This document shows, in pieces, positions 24,231 through 38,480 of a DNA stretch of 64,000 bases (positions within the stretch are counted from its first letter, which is position 1; every line of letters begins with the position of its first letter). A program made the position numbers and the translations under genes. A model generated the notes under the pieces. It ran no database searches. It saw nothing but the letters and a program-made list of their open reading frames with translations, and was not told the DNA's origin. Source of the stretch: Camelus ferus. Lineage: Eukaryota. The stretch lies in NCBI RefSeq assembly GCF_009834535.1, contig NC_045697.1, positions 17,610,001 to 17,674,000 of the forward strand, written 5' to 3'.

Positions 24231-27109
24231 CACCTTCAGCCCACAACACGCAGGGGGCGTCCTGACCATCTTTCAGGATGTGGTCACAGCTGCAGGTCTT
24301 CTGACACCACTTTTACTCAACTTCCAACCTAAACTGAAGTCTTGGCAGGAGTCTGCAACCAGACCCCAAAGGTCTCTTTTTCAGCTTAAGTTCTTAGGTG
24401 GAGAGCTGGGTCAGCTGACCTGAGTGTGCAGAGGTCTGAACCCAAGGCTCCCAGAGAGAAAACCTTCTGACCCTCAAGTGTAAAGGCTTAGCTCCACATG
24501 CTTGCTTCTTGCTGAGTAATCATAAAAAAAGGACTCTGTATTTTTTAATATTTCATAAACACTCTGAATTTCCATTTCTTCGTCTATAAAATAAGGACAC
24601 TTCCCCTGCTCATTCTAACTGATAAAGTGGCTACAAGAATTAGATTACGGAACACAGAGGACGGTGATGACACCCTGTTGGGTTTTGCACCCCAACTTTT
24701 AGCAAAGTGCCTGGGACCTAATCCTCTTAAATACCAGAGGAAGAAAGACAAACTTAAGGAGTTATTTTTATGACTTCTCATGATAAGAAAATGGCCATAG
24801 GGACCCCCCAAACTGCATAATTTCTTTGCATGAGAGGCAATCGTGGGTGGCAAATAATCTTGAAACAAACTTAAATTCTAGTCCAGAGCAGAGTTAAAGG
24901 CTGGCAGATGTTCAGACACACTATAACACAGGTCAGAATCCATGACAGAAAGTAGCTCTTTATAAACAAGTGATTTCCCACCAGCAGCTTCTGCCTGACG
25001 CTTTTCAAGTAATAGATCTGATGGAATAAAATTCCAGTCTGGAAGAAAGGAAGGAGAAGGAATGGTGGGAGGGAGAGTGGGAGGGAGGAACCGACTTCTA
25101 GTAAATTCAGAAACCCCTTAGAGCTTATTAAAAGGAGATCTGACTTATTACCTTAATCACCATCTATATTTTGAGAGTCAGAAGGCCTGTGACATCAAAT
25201 GGAGGGAAGGGGACCTGGGGGAGAGGAACAAGTAAACATGCTATTCTGACAAACAAAAAGGACACCCTTGTTTTAATTCAGTAGTTTTCCAGTTCAAGCA
25301 GTAGCTGAGAAGCCAGTGGGTTTGTCGTCTCTTTTAGATTTGATCACTACATGCAGGACATGGTTCTGGGCACAATGGGAAATTGAAAAATGAATCCGCC
25401 CATCCTGCGCTGAGGAACTCCAGGCTGGAGGCAAGGCATGGACAGAAACAATTCCATTGTGTGGCACCAGGGAGCTGCTGGTCACGGAGGTGTGTCAAGA
25501 CGCTTGGGATTGCAGAAGGCAAAAGACCTTTCAGGTGGGGATCAAGGTGGTCATGACCAAACCTTGAAAGAGGAGTGAGGAGAAGGAAGAGAACAGGAGT
25601 TCTAGACAGGAGCACGGCCTGAGCAAGGCCAGGTGCAGGGAAGCAAAGACCCCAGGGGGTTCTGTTGGCTGGGAGCACAGGACTTGCGAAAAGGAGAAAT
25701 GCGAAATAAGGCATTTTTGTTTTGTCTGGACAAAAGAAAGGCCTTAAATGACAACAGAGTCTGAGCCCAGGTGAGGGCCAATAGGACCTTGGAGGTTTCT
25801 GAGCTATAAAGGGTCAGGATCACAGCTGTGCCTCCAGACCCCTGACCAGGCAGTGATGGATGGGATGGAAAGGCAGAAAGAGATGCAGGAGGCAGGGAGG
25901 CTGATGGGGAAGCACCTGCAAGAACTGAGGAGGGAGGTGAATGCTAGTTCTTTGTGAGCAAGTGCTGTGTCTTGAGCACTGAAATCAGCGGACTGTGAGG
26001 CTCATTCAAACCCCCAACAAACGATGACAAATACAGAGTGGTCGGCAGGAGACTGGACTGAGGGAGAGTGAGAAGGGTCCAGGGTCAGGAGGTGAATAAG
26101 GGGAGCGCAGAAGAGGCCATGTGGTGGAAGCAGCCCAGGAGATGACTGATCGAGCAGCCTGCAAATGTGCTGGAAGTTCTGGCAAAGCTGGAGACAGTCG
26201 GGAAAGCAGAAAAGGTTACAGATTGACCCCGATAGCACTTGCCAGTCTGGAGCAAATTAAAAAGCAAATTGGACCTGGCTGAAAAAAAAAATAAGGGAGT
26301 CCCATTGCTGCCACCTCCAATATTGCCTTGGTCATGGGGTCTGCAGATGGCAGAGCAAGCAGGTACGTCACTCTGTGCCCCATCGATATGAATTCTCAAT
26401 GGCATCACGTTGACAGCCAGCAGCTGACCCATCACCTCCCTCTGCTGAAGCATCTCTGAAGCCCTGGGAAGCGTTTTCCTAAAGCCCGGGCAAGGACAGG
26501 ACCACCACCTCGGCTGCAGATGGTTGGGGCCATTAAAACACACTTTCACGTACCTCATCTCACTTTATCCTCATCTTAGGTGAGGGACGCAAGGCAGGTA
26601 CTGTTACTCTCATTGTATAAAGTCCAGAGAAACTGAAGTCTGGAAAAGTCAGGAGATTTGCCCCTGACCACGTAGCTACCCAGTGGTAGGGTTTGATGAC
26701 TTATGTAACCCACTGCAGCCTGAGACAGGAAGCTGGCCAGGACACCAGGCATATGCTGGGCCATGTGGAACTCACTCTCAGCTCCTTCACAGCCATGCTC
26801 AGCTTGGGGAGAGGTTGGAAGTGGGGCACCCTGTCAGGTGAGCAGGGCTGGTTTCACAGAGAATGTTGGAAATGGCAAGGAAAACTGTCTTTCCTTCCCT
26901 TCATTCCTTCCATCCCTCCCTCCCTTCCCTCTCCAAGTACCTGCCCAGTATCATGTGCCTGGCGCTCTGCGAGACGTTGGTGACCACCCACCTCTCTGAA
27001 GGTCCCTCTTCCTCAGGGACCCCATTCCCTTACCTTCTCATCCTGATCGCAATCCCCCATACCACCTTCCTAACTGAAATTTACCACCCACTTCCCAATC
27101 TCTTGAGGT

Positions 27110-27950
27110 AGGAAACCAAGCGGAGGTTATGACATTTGAGCTGAGCTTTAAAATGTGAGTAAGAGTTAGTCTATGGACATAAGCCAAGACCTAGAGATGC
27201 CTCGGGGTATGGAATGATCTGGTAGCAGTTCTATGGCGGGGGTGGGGGGGAGGCGGTGGCATTAGGGACACAGAGCAGTTACTGAAGGTGAGGTGAGGGC
27301 AGGCCATTGGAGGACACCTGAGGAATGGCTCTCCCTCTGCAGGCCCTGGAAAGCCATCAGAGAACTTTAGGCAAAGGAGTGGTGAATCATGTCAGTGCTG
27401 GGAATGACAACTCTAGTACCATCATGGAAAGATCTTAGAGGGTGTTGCAAATATGCTGTGAAGAGTGGATGAGAACCTGGGTGGTGGTGGGATAGTAAGA
27501 AAGGTGACACAGAGCCCTGATTTGAGGACTTGTTCTAAAGCAGAAAAGATGGGCCTTCATAAACAATTAGATGGGGGGTGGAATTTGGGAAGAAGAATCA
27601 AGGATGCTTCCATAGTGATGTCATTAACTAAGATGGGATAGAAGAGGGGAAGAGGTGGGAAGGGCGGGAGGCAGAGGGAGGGTGAACTCAGTTTAGGGCA
27701 CACTGAGCACGAGGGTCTGGAGGACACCTCCAGCGGCCCCGTGGAGAGAGGCAAAGCCCCGTGTGCAGGGGAAGCAGCATGGAGTATCAGGCAGGTTGAG
27801 GCCAGAAGAAAGACCATGAGGTGTGGCAAACAGGAGGCTGGTCTTGGGAGGCCTTGGCAGGAGCATTTTCAGGAGAAAAGCAGAGGTGGAAGGCAGACCC
27901 AGGTGGGTTGAGAGTGGATAAGAGCAAGGAGACGGAGGGACAGGGACAGG
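27110..27950 (-). mobile_element. L2 LINE remnants
   Basis: TGACATTTGAGCTGAGCTTTAAA...GAACTTTAGGCAAAGGAGTGG...GATGTCATTAACTAAGATGGG...TGAACTCAGTTTAGGGCAC. Confidence 0.65.
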
Positions 27951-30900
27951 GGCAGGTGACCTCCTATGTCCTGCTCAACCCTCATCCCCAGGCAACCTCT
28001 TACTCATGCCCTTTGAGTTGCCTCCAGAATGAAGGCCATTCAGAACCCCAGGACTCTCTGTAGCTATCCGGGCACTCAAGGTCAGCTTAACAAACAGCAC
28101 CTGATGCCCCACTATGTGTCTCAAGCAAAGGAAGACATCTGGGATTTCCCAAGCAAGCCTGCGTTTTGCAACCTCTGTGCCTTTGCTATCTCCACTCCCT
28201 CTGCCTCGAACATCCTTCCTCTGCATTTCCCCTGGCAAAAATCCTGCCAAACTTCCTGGCCCAAGTGCCACCCTCATCAAGAACCTCCTTAATTCACCAA
28301 TCCAAATGATCTTCCCCTTTACCCACAGAGCACTTACCACAATGTGTGCCCCTGTTCTCCATCACCACTAGACTGTAAACCCCTCGAGAGCACTGTCTCA
28401 CACACAAGGCTTCGCACATAGCACCGCTCATTACGTCCCTAGTACGCTGCATGCTGACCTCCTCCTTTGCTAACCATCTATCCCACTGAGATACCCCGGG
28501 CTATGTTTCATTCTTCTTTGATGCCAACCCACCAACCCAACACAGGGATGGATCCATCCTGATGTCACTGACCCCCTACCTGTAGGTCTGTCACTAATAA
28601 ACTACAGGTGGGCAGGCATGTCTGTGAGCCTCTTCCCACAAATGAGAATGTGAAATCAAAGCAGAAGCCCTGCAAATGGGCCAGAACTAAGTCATTAGGA
28701 AGATGCTCTATCAGTATCCTCACTCAGGTGCAGGACCACACCTCTTGAGCCACAGCATAAAGCCTTATCATTCTAGAATTCCTGTCTTCTACCCCAACCC
28801 CGGTGGTCACGGTCCCTTTACTCAGGAGCTCACTAACTTGTACAGCAGTTAAGATCCACACACAGAGAAGGTCCTCTCCTTGCCCAGGGAGCACGGAAGG
28901 GTTCCACGAGTGGTTTGGAACCTACATCACGTAAGGCGACAGGTCGAAGAGCTCACTTTGCGCTGGGGTGGTCACAGACGACTTTTATGAGGGCTGTGGG
29001 TGTCTATTCACCTTGAAGGGCTGGTAAAGGCTGTGGTCAGGGAAGAAGTGGAAGGCCCACCAGATGAGGTCAGGGTGGGAGAATAAGGGAGGAGCCAGAA
29101 TGCAGAACAGACCAGTTCAGCTGGAACAGCCAGCTTATGAGAACAATGAGACAGATGGCTAGAAAGACAAGTCAAGATCAGCTTGAGGAGGGTCTTGAAT
29201 ACCCAGTAACGGGGAGCTATTGAAGGCTTCTGAGTGAGAGGACCTGGTGAAGTGCTGTTTTCTTCTTTTTCTTTTTTTTTTTTTTTTTAAGATTGCTTAA
29301 TAAGCTAGTTGTGAAATGGTAGATTGGCTTAAAGAAGTCTGATATTTTGAACAAACTTACGATGTTTGTTACAATGAAATACCATAAGATAAAAGAAACA
29401 GGGTAAGCTAGAAGATGTGAAATGAAAATGGAAACACTTCTAAAAATCTGCTTAAGGTCCGTGTTTCTTGGGGACCAGATGTCCTCTACCACTGGCACTA
29501 TTTTACCTAAAGGACCAGAGAGAGATGCAGGCTCCCAGGTAAGCCAAGTCCTCTGCCAGGAGGCACCCAGAGCCTCAGTATAGTTTTACTGGTGGAAAAC
29601 CAGGAAGTGGCTAAGAAATATTGCTCACTTTGGTCATTTTCATTCAGGGACTAGCCAAAGTCCTCTTTTCATCTTCAGCCAATGTATTTTATTCAACGTG
29701 AAAGTCGCTAAATTAATTTTTTTTAACAGAATAAGAGTAGAAATTGTCAATTTTAGAAGCACATATGCGAATCTCCCTACACAGGAGAGAACATGATCCC
29801 ATTAGGTAAAAATAGCAGTTCTGCTTGCTTTCCCCCACATGCTAATTTTAATAAACTTACTCTGAAATTAGCCCGCCACTATGAAGATAGCTGCTCATCA
29901 AAAAGGTTCCCGGGAAGCATGGAGTTTGCCTCGTAAGAGTTCAGATACTCCCAGGAAACTCTCAACAATGCAGAGTTCTAACTGGAACCTGTCCTCTTCT
30001 CCCCAGATGCAGTCCCCTCCCAGCCCTTGGTCACATCCAGCACCACCACTCTCTAGCCACACCTCAAGGGTCATCTTGGACTCATTCTAGTCCATCTTCT
30101 CAATCCCATTGGCTATGAAATCCTGTAGATGTCTTCCTTTGAAAATCTTTCTCATAGCCATCCCTTTTCATGTCTCCCCACTGATGCTGCATCCCCTTAG
30201 CACCTGACTTACTCAGATGTCCAAGCATTCACATACTCCCCATTTACTGAGTACCCATGAAGGGCAAGGTACAGTGCTAAGTGCTAAGGTCACAAGTTAA
30301 TAACATATGGTTCCTACCCTCAAGGAGTCCAAGATCTTCTGGGTCCAGTGGAAGGACAGACAAGTGGTCAAGGGTTAGTTAAAAAACTACATGATAAGTG
30401 ATATGACTTAGGTGCCATAGGGGTAATTGGTAATACGGATGGTGACAGAAAATACTAGATTACTGGTAGCTCATCTTCACTTGTCTTTCCCTGACTCCTG
30501 GGAGAGCTACCGAATTTGTCTGTCTGTCCCTACTGCCTGGCACGGTGCCTTGTGAATGACAGAGGCTCAGTGGTTATTGAGTTCAGTGGACACAAATGTC
30601 TTCCAGGTATTTCCATCAGCTTATACTCTAGCTAAAAAAGCATTCAGTGGTTATTACCAGCTACATGAGAACGCACCTTTCTGTCTTGCTTTTGAAGTTG
30701 CTCACCATCTGGTCTGCCTTGGCCACCCAGGCTCAGTTTCTGCTGTACCTCCACCTACTAGTTTCAGCCTCTATCCGGAGCATCTCCTCAAAGGCCAGCC
30801 ACCGGCCTAGTGTTCAGGCCTGCTTCCTGTCACCATCGCCCACGCCCCCTTCAGCCAAAGGGGAGGGACCCAGTTCTACTTGTCCTAAGAAGTTTTCCTC

Positions 30901-31514
30901 ACTTCTTCAAGCCTCGCGGATTGCCTGTATATGTGTGTAAGAATTGTTCATTATTGTGCAGTTTTTTTCATTTAATAATATTATTAATATGAATAATGCT
31001 TTGAAATATTAAATGATACTCTATTTATCTACCTTGACTCAAATTCCTGTAACTCCTACCTTGTTTCTCCTCATATATCCCTCTCCCTTTCAAAAGCTAG
31101 ACATTCTGCCTTTGTATTCTAAGGGAAAGAGAGCTCAGCGGAACACTGGTCACAAAGTGACTGGCTTTTCAGTTTTGAAAGCCTGGGCCTTAAGACATCA
31201 GGACAAAGAAGGGCCCCCCAGGAGTTCCTTCCCCCTCCACCCTCCAAAAGTCTAGAAAGATCAACAAAGTTGAGAAAAAGGCAGACTGAGTGCATGGAAG
31301 GAGAGCTTGGTTATCGGCGAGTCTCGAAGAATGAAGATTAATCACCCTGATATGGGGTGGGGAGAGAGAAGTAAGGACCATGGGACTGAGGTACCAGGGG
31401 CATGGCTAGTCGTTCAAGGGCAGGAGATGGGGAGCTGATGAGCTGGGGAATCAGAGAGATAAAGAGTAAAGCTCTCTATAGCAATGGCTGTCTTGAATAT
31501 CCATTTCCTCCCTT

Positions 31515-32560
31515 TTAAAAAATTAGGTTTATTGAGGTATAATTTACATAAAGAAAAACTCATCCTTTTGAGGTGTACAGATCTACGGATTTAACAAACT
31601 TATGTAGTCATGTAGCCATTGACACAGTTGAGGTGTAGACTCTGCCCATCACTCCAGAAAGGCTCCTCGTGTGCCTCTGCAGTCAATCTGCTCACCCACT
31701 CCAGGCTATGGCAACCACTGAGCTGTTTTTCTGTCCTTTTAGTTGTGCCTTTTCAAGAGTTTCACATAAGCAGAATCTTCTAGTCTGTGTAGGTGCCAAA
31801 TGTTTTTAGGACTCATCCACGTTTTTGCATGGATCTGTGGTCTGTTCCATCTTATCGCTAAGCAGGATTCCGTGACATGGATGTAGCAAGTTATCCACCT
31901 GCCTGTTAGTGAACACTGCTTGTTTCCCATCTTCGGCAATTATAAATAAAACTGCTATAAACATTCACATACAGGATTTTGTGTGGATGTGTGTCTTCAT
32001 TTCTCTCAGGTCAACAACTGGGAGTGGGAATGCTGGCTTGTTGGGTTAAGTGCGTATTTGACTTTACGAGAACCTGTAAAACTGTTTCCAAAAGCGGCTG
32101 TACCATTTTATATTCCCCTGGCAACATAGGAGTCTTCCAGTTGCTCTGCAGCCTAGTCAGCACTTAGTTTTTCCATTTTTGACTTGTGAGTTTGTTTTTC
32201 CATCCTAATAGACGCGTTGTGGCATCTTATTGTGGTTTTATTTTACATTATCCTAATGACTGATGATGCTGAGTTCAGTGTGCTTGTCTGCCATTGGAAT
32301 CTCTTCTTCAGTGCAGTGTCTATTTAACTCTTTTGCCCATTTTTAAAATTAGGTTGTTTTCTCACTATTGTGTTGTGAGAGTTGTTTATATATTCTGGAT
32401 ATCAGATATGGGTTCCACACAAAATTTCTCCTAGTCTGGACTTGTCTTTTCATTTTCCTAACAGAGATTTTCAAAGAGCAGAAATTTTTAGTCTTGGTAA
32501 AGTCCAACTTATCCTTTTTTTCCTTTTATGGTTTGTGTTTTTCATGTCCTACTTTTCTAA
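31515..32560 (-). mobile_element. Old L1M (L1MB/MC/ME-like) 3' region
   Basis: TTTATTGAGGTATAATTTACATA...GGCAACCACTG...AATAAAACTGCTATAAACATTCA...GTTGTTTATATATTCTGGATA, typical reverse-strand L1M sequence. Confidence 0.85.
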
Positions 32561-32569
32561 CTTTTTAAT

Positions 32570-33032
32570 AGAACCCTCCCAAATTTAAGCTGGGCACATC
32601 CAGCTAAAGCGGGTATTTCCTAGCTTCCCTTGCAGCTAGGTGTGGCCATATGACCGTGCTCAGACCAATGGGATGTGAGAAGGGATATGTACAGCTCTCT
32701 AGTCATCCCTAATTAAAAAAAAAAACAAAAAGCCCCTTGACTTGGACTTCCTCTTTCTCTCTCTCTCTTTCCCCTTCCCATGGGCTGGGACAAAACATGG
32801 CAGGAACCCAGCTTTAATTACACAGTTATACAGAGGACCACCCTCTAAGAAACGGTAGAGAAACAAGATGGGAGAAACCTGGGTTCTTTACTGACTCATG
32901 GAGCGGGGCTGCCTTCCCAGCCTGAACCACTCCACTATGGCACAAAAGAGACCTAAATATCTACCTTATTTAAAACAATATATTTTTGGGAGTAGGTATC
33001 TTTGTTAAGTGGCTTAGATTTTGACGAATATA
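32570..33032 (+). mobile_element. LTR16/LTR33-like LTR
   Basis: TTTCCTAGCTTCCCTTGCAGCTAGGTGTGGCCATATGACC...CCAATGGGATGTGAG...AAGATGGGAGAAACCTGGGTTC. Confidence 0.65.
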
Positions 33033-34168
33033 CCCTTCTTTCTTAGGAAGTGAAAAATAATCCTCAATTTCCTGGACCCAGCCTGGTGAGGTGTGGTGCA
33101 TCTATGAAGAGAACTGCACCATAGTTTCCCAAAGTTTCCCTCAGCTCAGGAGTGACTCAGGGACAGCAGAACATGACTGAGGTCCCCCACCGTGGGCAAG
33201 GGAGCAAAGTCCCCCATGCCCAGAGCAGCAGAGGAGGAATCCATCACCTTGTTCTCCATTCACCCAAAGCAGCATGGGTGTGACAGGGGCCAGAAGAGGC
33301 CCGAGAGGGAAACAAGGGAGGACACAACAGTGACCGACAGTGACCAGTGACCAGATCCTAGACTGATATGAGGAGGATGTGGCTGAACACAAATAGCCCA
33401 GCCCAGGTGTGTGCCCCCATCCCATCATGCCTGCCAGTGGCTGAGTACTACTTATAGCCCCTCGAACTCAAATACAAGTTCAGGCAGAGGGGTGACTCCA
33501 ATCCAGATTACGTTCCCACCACCCTTACCATGGGAGTTTATAATCATGATTCAGGTGTTATAGCAAAATAAAGAAGCTTTCATTTCGTGAACACCTGAGT
33601 TTGAGTCCTGGGGTTCACCCTCATTGTACTAATGTTTGTTGAACACTTCTGCTTGCTGGGCAAAGAGCAAAGAGCTAACAAGAATTATTTCATTGGATCC
33701 TCACAATCATCGCACCTGTGCAGTAGGTACCATGTTATCCTGTTTACAGATGAGAAAAAGGAGGCTCAGAGAAGTCGCACGGTGTGGTGATTCTCTCAGC
33801 AACCATTCCTCTTCTTCTGGCAAACAGTCCCAACAGCCCCAACCCACTCACAGTCCACGTGGCCTGGGCCAGGCCTCCCGCACAACTGCAGGCCTGAGGC
33901 AATCAGATCACTCCACTCCTGAGCAATTTCCTCCAGGGCAGGTGAGGGACCCAAGTGGGTTCCAATGGAGTGACTCCTAGAGTTTTACAGAATCTCCTGC
34001 ATAAGACTTTCTGTCTTCCTTTCTGGTCTTGAACTTGAGAAGGTGGGAGGCTGACACTGAAGCCGGGCAGCAAGCAACCCCCAAAATGGAGAGAAAAACA
34101 TCTGTTTGTGTGCTGAATCCAGCTGTGCCCAAAGCCACCCCCCTCAGGGAATTATTAGTCATGTCGGC

Positions 34169-34644
34169 TATATTCATTTGCTAGAGGCTGTCGCAACAAA
34201 TTGCAGAAACTGGGTGACTTAAAACAACAGAAATTAATTCTCTGATAGTCATGGAGGTTAGGAGTCCAAAACCAAGGCGTTGGTAGCTCCCTAATAAGGC
34301 TCTAGGGGAAGATACTTCCTTCCCTCTTCCTAGCTCCCGGTAGCTGCCAGCAATCCATGGCTGGGCCCTTGGCTTGGGGCAACGTAACTCCAATCTCTGC
34401 TTCCAGCATCACACGGCCTTCCTTCCTCTGTGTCTTCACGTTGTCTTCCCTTTGTGCATCTCTGCACCCAAATTTCCCTCTTCTTAAGGACACTGGTCAT
34501 TGGATTAGAAGCCCATTCAAGTGACCTCATCTTAACTTGATTACATCCGCAAAGATCCAGTTTCCAAACTGGGTCTCAATCACAGGTTTGGGGGTGTTTG
34601 GGACTTGAATGTATTTTGGGGAGGACACAATTCAACCCACAATA
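34169..34644 (-). mobile_element. MLT1 (MaLR) solo LTR, nested in an older LTR16/33-like element (~33790-34720)
   Basis: CTGGGTGACTTAAAACAACAGAAAT...AAGGACACTGGTCATTGGATTAG...GACCTCATCTTAACTTGATTACATC...GACACAATTCAACCCACAA. Confidence 0.9.
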
Positions 34645-35687
34645 TCAGTCAATAACTTCCCTCTGAGCTGAACCTCCTTGGGTTGGGTTTGTGACCATTT
34701 GCACCAAGAAAGAAATAGAGTCAAGACTTCCCCTCCAATCTCAGTCAACAAATGAGACCCAAAGCTGCGCCCTTAACCGCAGGGTCAGACTGCAGGCTTG
34801 CTCAGCCTCTCTCCCAAGTGTCAGCTGCTCTACCTTGGGCAGAGGCCCAGGGTGAACCATCTTCTATATCTGCCTCACAGACACTGCATACAACGTGCTC
34901 AAGGAATATAGGATTGATTGCTATCTAATTAATTAACCAAAATTCAAATAGTGAAATTGAATTGGGCATGGTTTATCACAGGGCAGCAGGCTAAGAGATG
35001 ACCAGGACTTTTATCTTAGAAATAAAGTTATTGATTGTCTGCACGACTGCATTTCAAGATTTCCCCCTGATTTGAAAAGATCACCTCAGGTGGTGAAGAG
35101 GAACACACTTCCCCCTCCCCAGATGGTTAATTTCCAGAAGAGAACACCAGCCACGCTCCTTTCACATGCGTGGCCGTGTTTACTTCAGGGCCTGAGAGAC
35201 GGCTGTGATTTCGCCTTGTTACACTAAAACTCTGAAAACAAAACTGATCTCTATAACATCATTTCCATAAAAAATGTTTCCTGGAGGCCAGCCGAGGAAG
35301 CAAACTGATTGAAAGAGAGCACAGGGCTCTGGGCAGGAAGGGCGATGGCGTGTGGACACAAGGCGGGAGGCAGAACCCGGGACTTCTGCAGAAATAGGCA
35401 TGAGCTGTCAAAAGCCCATCTGACCCAGGTCAGATGTCTGGTGATGCCTTCCCCAGCTCCTTCCATCGGCTTCCAAAATCACTTTCAAAGACCACTAGCC
35501 ACTGACCATACTCTTCCTTGAATCCTACTTTCCTGAGCCCCAGATGATTTCTCCACACCAGACCCAGTCCACACCCAGGGAAACCAGGTCAGCAGAACTT
35601 GAGTAGGCAGGGGAATTACTTGGGGAGCCCCGTTGGTGAGAAAAGCAGATTTGGGGGCCACACCCCTAAGCACTTTCATGCAGATAA

Positions 35688-36200
35688 GGTCATTAGTTTC
35701 CTGTGGTTGCCATAACAAATCACTACAAACTGGGTGGCTTAAAACATAGAAATTTATCCTCTCACAGTTGTGGAGGCTAGAAGTCCAAGAACACACTGTC
35801 GGCAGGATTGGTTCCTTCTAGAGGCTATGAGGCAGAATCTATTCCAAGCCTCACCCCGTTTCTGATGGCTGCCGGCCACCTTTGGCATCCCTTGGCTGTC
35901 GCTGCCTAACTCCAATGTCTGTCTCTGTCTTCATATGGACCTCCTCTCTGTGCATCCCTGCTTTCCCATAGCCTCCTCCCTTGTATCTCTGTGTCTCAAA
36001 TCTATCTTTGCTTTCTCTTATAAGAACACAAGTCATTAGATTTAGGGCCCCTCCTAAATCCAGGATCATTTAAAGATCCTTAGCTTGATTATACATACAA
36101 AGAGCCTGTTTCCAAATAAGGTCTTATTTCCAAATAAATTACTGGGACGTTAGGACTTAGATGTTTCCATGGGGGAAAGAACACGATTCAATCCACTACA
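35688..36200 (-). mobile_element. MLT1 solo LTR inserted in a MER5-type element (~35615-36330)
   Basis: CATTAGTTTCCTGTGGTTGCCATAACAAAT...CTGGGTGGCTTAAAACA...ACACGATTCAATCCACTACA. MER5-like halves lie on both sides. Confidence 0.9.
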
Positions 36201-38432
36201 GTAGATTTGGGGAGGGACCCAGAAATTTGCATTTTTCCCCAAAATTCCAAGTGACTCACTGTATTTTTTGCTCACAAAATGACTCTGATGTAGGTGATCT
36301 GTACATCATATTCTAGAAACACTGATCCCATCCCATTGCTGAGGATTTAAAGAAGAATAAGACGTGGCTCCCTCCCTTGGGGAACCTGCTGCCTAGGGGA
36401 AGACACAGATGAACCGGAGATTAAAATACAAAGCGTGGCCTAGGAACCCCGAGCCCTGGAGTCAAGGCGGACCAGGGTTCAGATTCTGCCCTCTCCAGCT
36501 GTGAGACTCTGGACAAGTTCCTTCGCTGGTCTGAGCCAGTTTTCTCCTCTGTAAAATATGAAATAACTCCTACCTTATACCATTATGAGAACGAGGCCAT
36601 GAGAAACGCTGAACATCAGGGATGGACTCAAGAAATGGCCATAAGCTACTGTGAAGGCAGGAAGCACGCTGTGTTCATTTTCACATCCCCACAGCATCCT
36701 AAGCTTTAATGAATTATCTGAAGGCAAGAAGGCATTACTCTGGAGAAACGCAGCTGGGGTAGACAAGACAACTCCTAAAAGACCCATTTCCAGAACTTGA
36801 CTTATTCTAGAAGTATTTTCTGAGCAGCTGCCGTATATGGAGCTCCAAGAATGGGCACTTGGAGCAAAGAGCCAAATAAAAACTCCCAGCCTAGTGGGGA
36901 GACCATGAGGCCACAATCCCACGTGGTCAGTGCAGGGTAGAGGTGTGCTCGCTCCAGGGACAGCCATGCAAGCGAGCACTGCTTTCTCTGGTTTCTCATC
37001 CTTCACATCCACCCTTTAGTATACTCTCAGTGTTTACTGTGTGACTCTCCTCCCAAACCATACCATGTGCTTCAGGGGTTCTATGATGGCAGAAAGGGCT
37101 GTCTGTCTTCTTGGCCACTACATCCCAAATACCTAGCGATGTATCTGAATCCTAAAAGGCATTCAACAAGTGTTTGTTGGAGTAGTAAACATTCTGCTAT
37201 TTCAGAGCCCAGCACTGGACTTCTATGAAGAACCGCCTCCAGCTTCCTTGACTACTGGGAATAATTCTTGATGGGCCAAGAAAAAAGATCCCCGAGGATC
37301 TTTCCTTTGACATAAAGCCTGACAGAGGAGATGGGGACAATGTACCCTAGTACTGTATAGTTATTTTGTACAGACCGAGAGTGAATACGCGAAACTTGGG
37401 GAGAAGCTATGACAGTACATTCCTCTTCAGAAATACAATGCTTTGCACACAGTGGACATTTAATAGTTATCAGACTGACCTGGAGGCCCAAACAAATGAT
37501 TAAAGGAGAAAGACAGTAGGTTTCACTTCCAACACCCAACATGGGAAGGAAGAGAGAAAATCACTACATCCTGCATTGTGTGCAAAGGAGAGTGAAAAAG
37601 AAGACCCAAGGTGGCCTTGGGGATGGGGGTGTCCGGGGGAATAGTCAGCGTGGCTGGGTAACGTGGCTGAGAGCCGTCAGCCACGGTGGGACATCAGGAC
37701 GAGCAACTTAACGCGAGAGAAAGGCATCAGCACCCCCTCTCACCTGGAGAAGTCAGGCAGCCCCTCCCAGGCCAAAACACCCTTAAGGTGACTGAAGAGG
37801 GGACAGCATGGGAGTCCCGAAGCGGACCCCAGGGGTGTTTATGACAAAATAGTTTGGGGGGCGTGGTATTCTCTGCTTTCACAAGTCGAATGACTTTTGC
37901 ACCAGCGTTGTGTTGACTGAATTGAATGAGTGAATGAACAAAGGCTTTGGAGGACCCCGAACTGCTCCCGCCCCAACCTCCGCTGCAGGCGATTCCACCT
38001 GGCCCGGGTGCTGCCCCGGGACCCGGATTTCCCCCCACCCCCACCCCGGCACCACCTTTCCGCTTCAGCCGCGGGCGACCAATCGCTTGGCTCCAGAACA
38101 GTGGTAACCGAGAAGGCAGGTGGGGCTTAGCTCCTACTCCTGGATCCCCGCGCTTCTCTCTCCAATCCAGGGCCAAACCCTGCCCGGAGGGAAGGCCCCT
38201 CCCCAAAGGCTGGCACCAGCTGGCGTGGAAGAAAGTGGCGCCCGCCGACCGGAAAGTGCGGGAGGAACGGCGCACCTGGCCGGGCGCGCGGGGGCAGCGA
38301 GCCAAGGCCGCGGGGTGCGCGTCCCCCGCGAGTCGCCGCCCGGGCTCGGCCACCGGGGGAGGGGGGGCGCGGGCTCGGGGCTGGCGGCTGCTCGGCCCGG
38401 CCCACCCCGCCTGGCCGGCGTCTCGGCCTCAC

Positions 38433-38480
38433 CTCGCTCACCAGCCCCTGCCAGTCGCTCTCGGTCCGGTCGCCGTTCAT
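38433..38480 (-). CDS. CCDC149: CCDC149 first coding exon (MNGDRTESDWQGLVSE)
   Basis: ATG at 38480 in GCC-ATG context, then 16 codons and a GAG|GTGAGG donor (GT at 38432-38431). Lies in a CpG island. Joins exon 2 in frame, and the peptide matches my recollection of the CCDC149 N-terminus. Confidence 0.92.
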
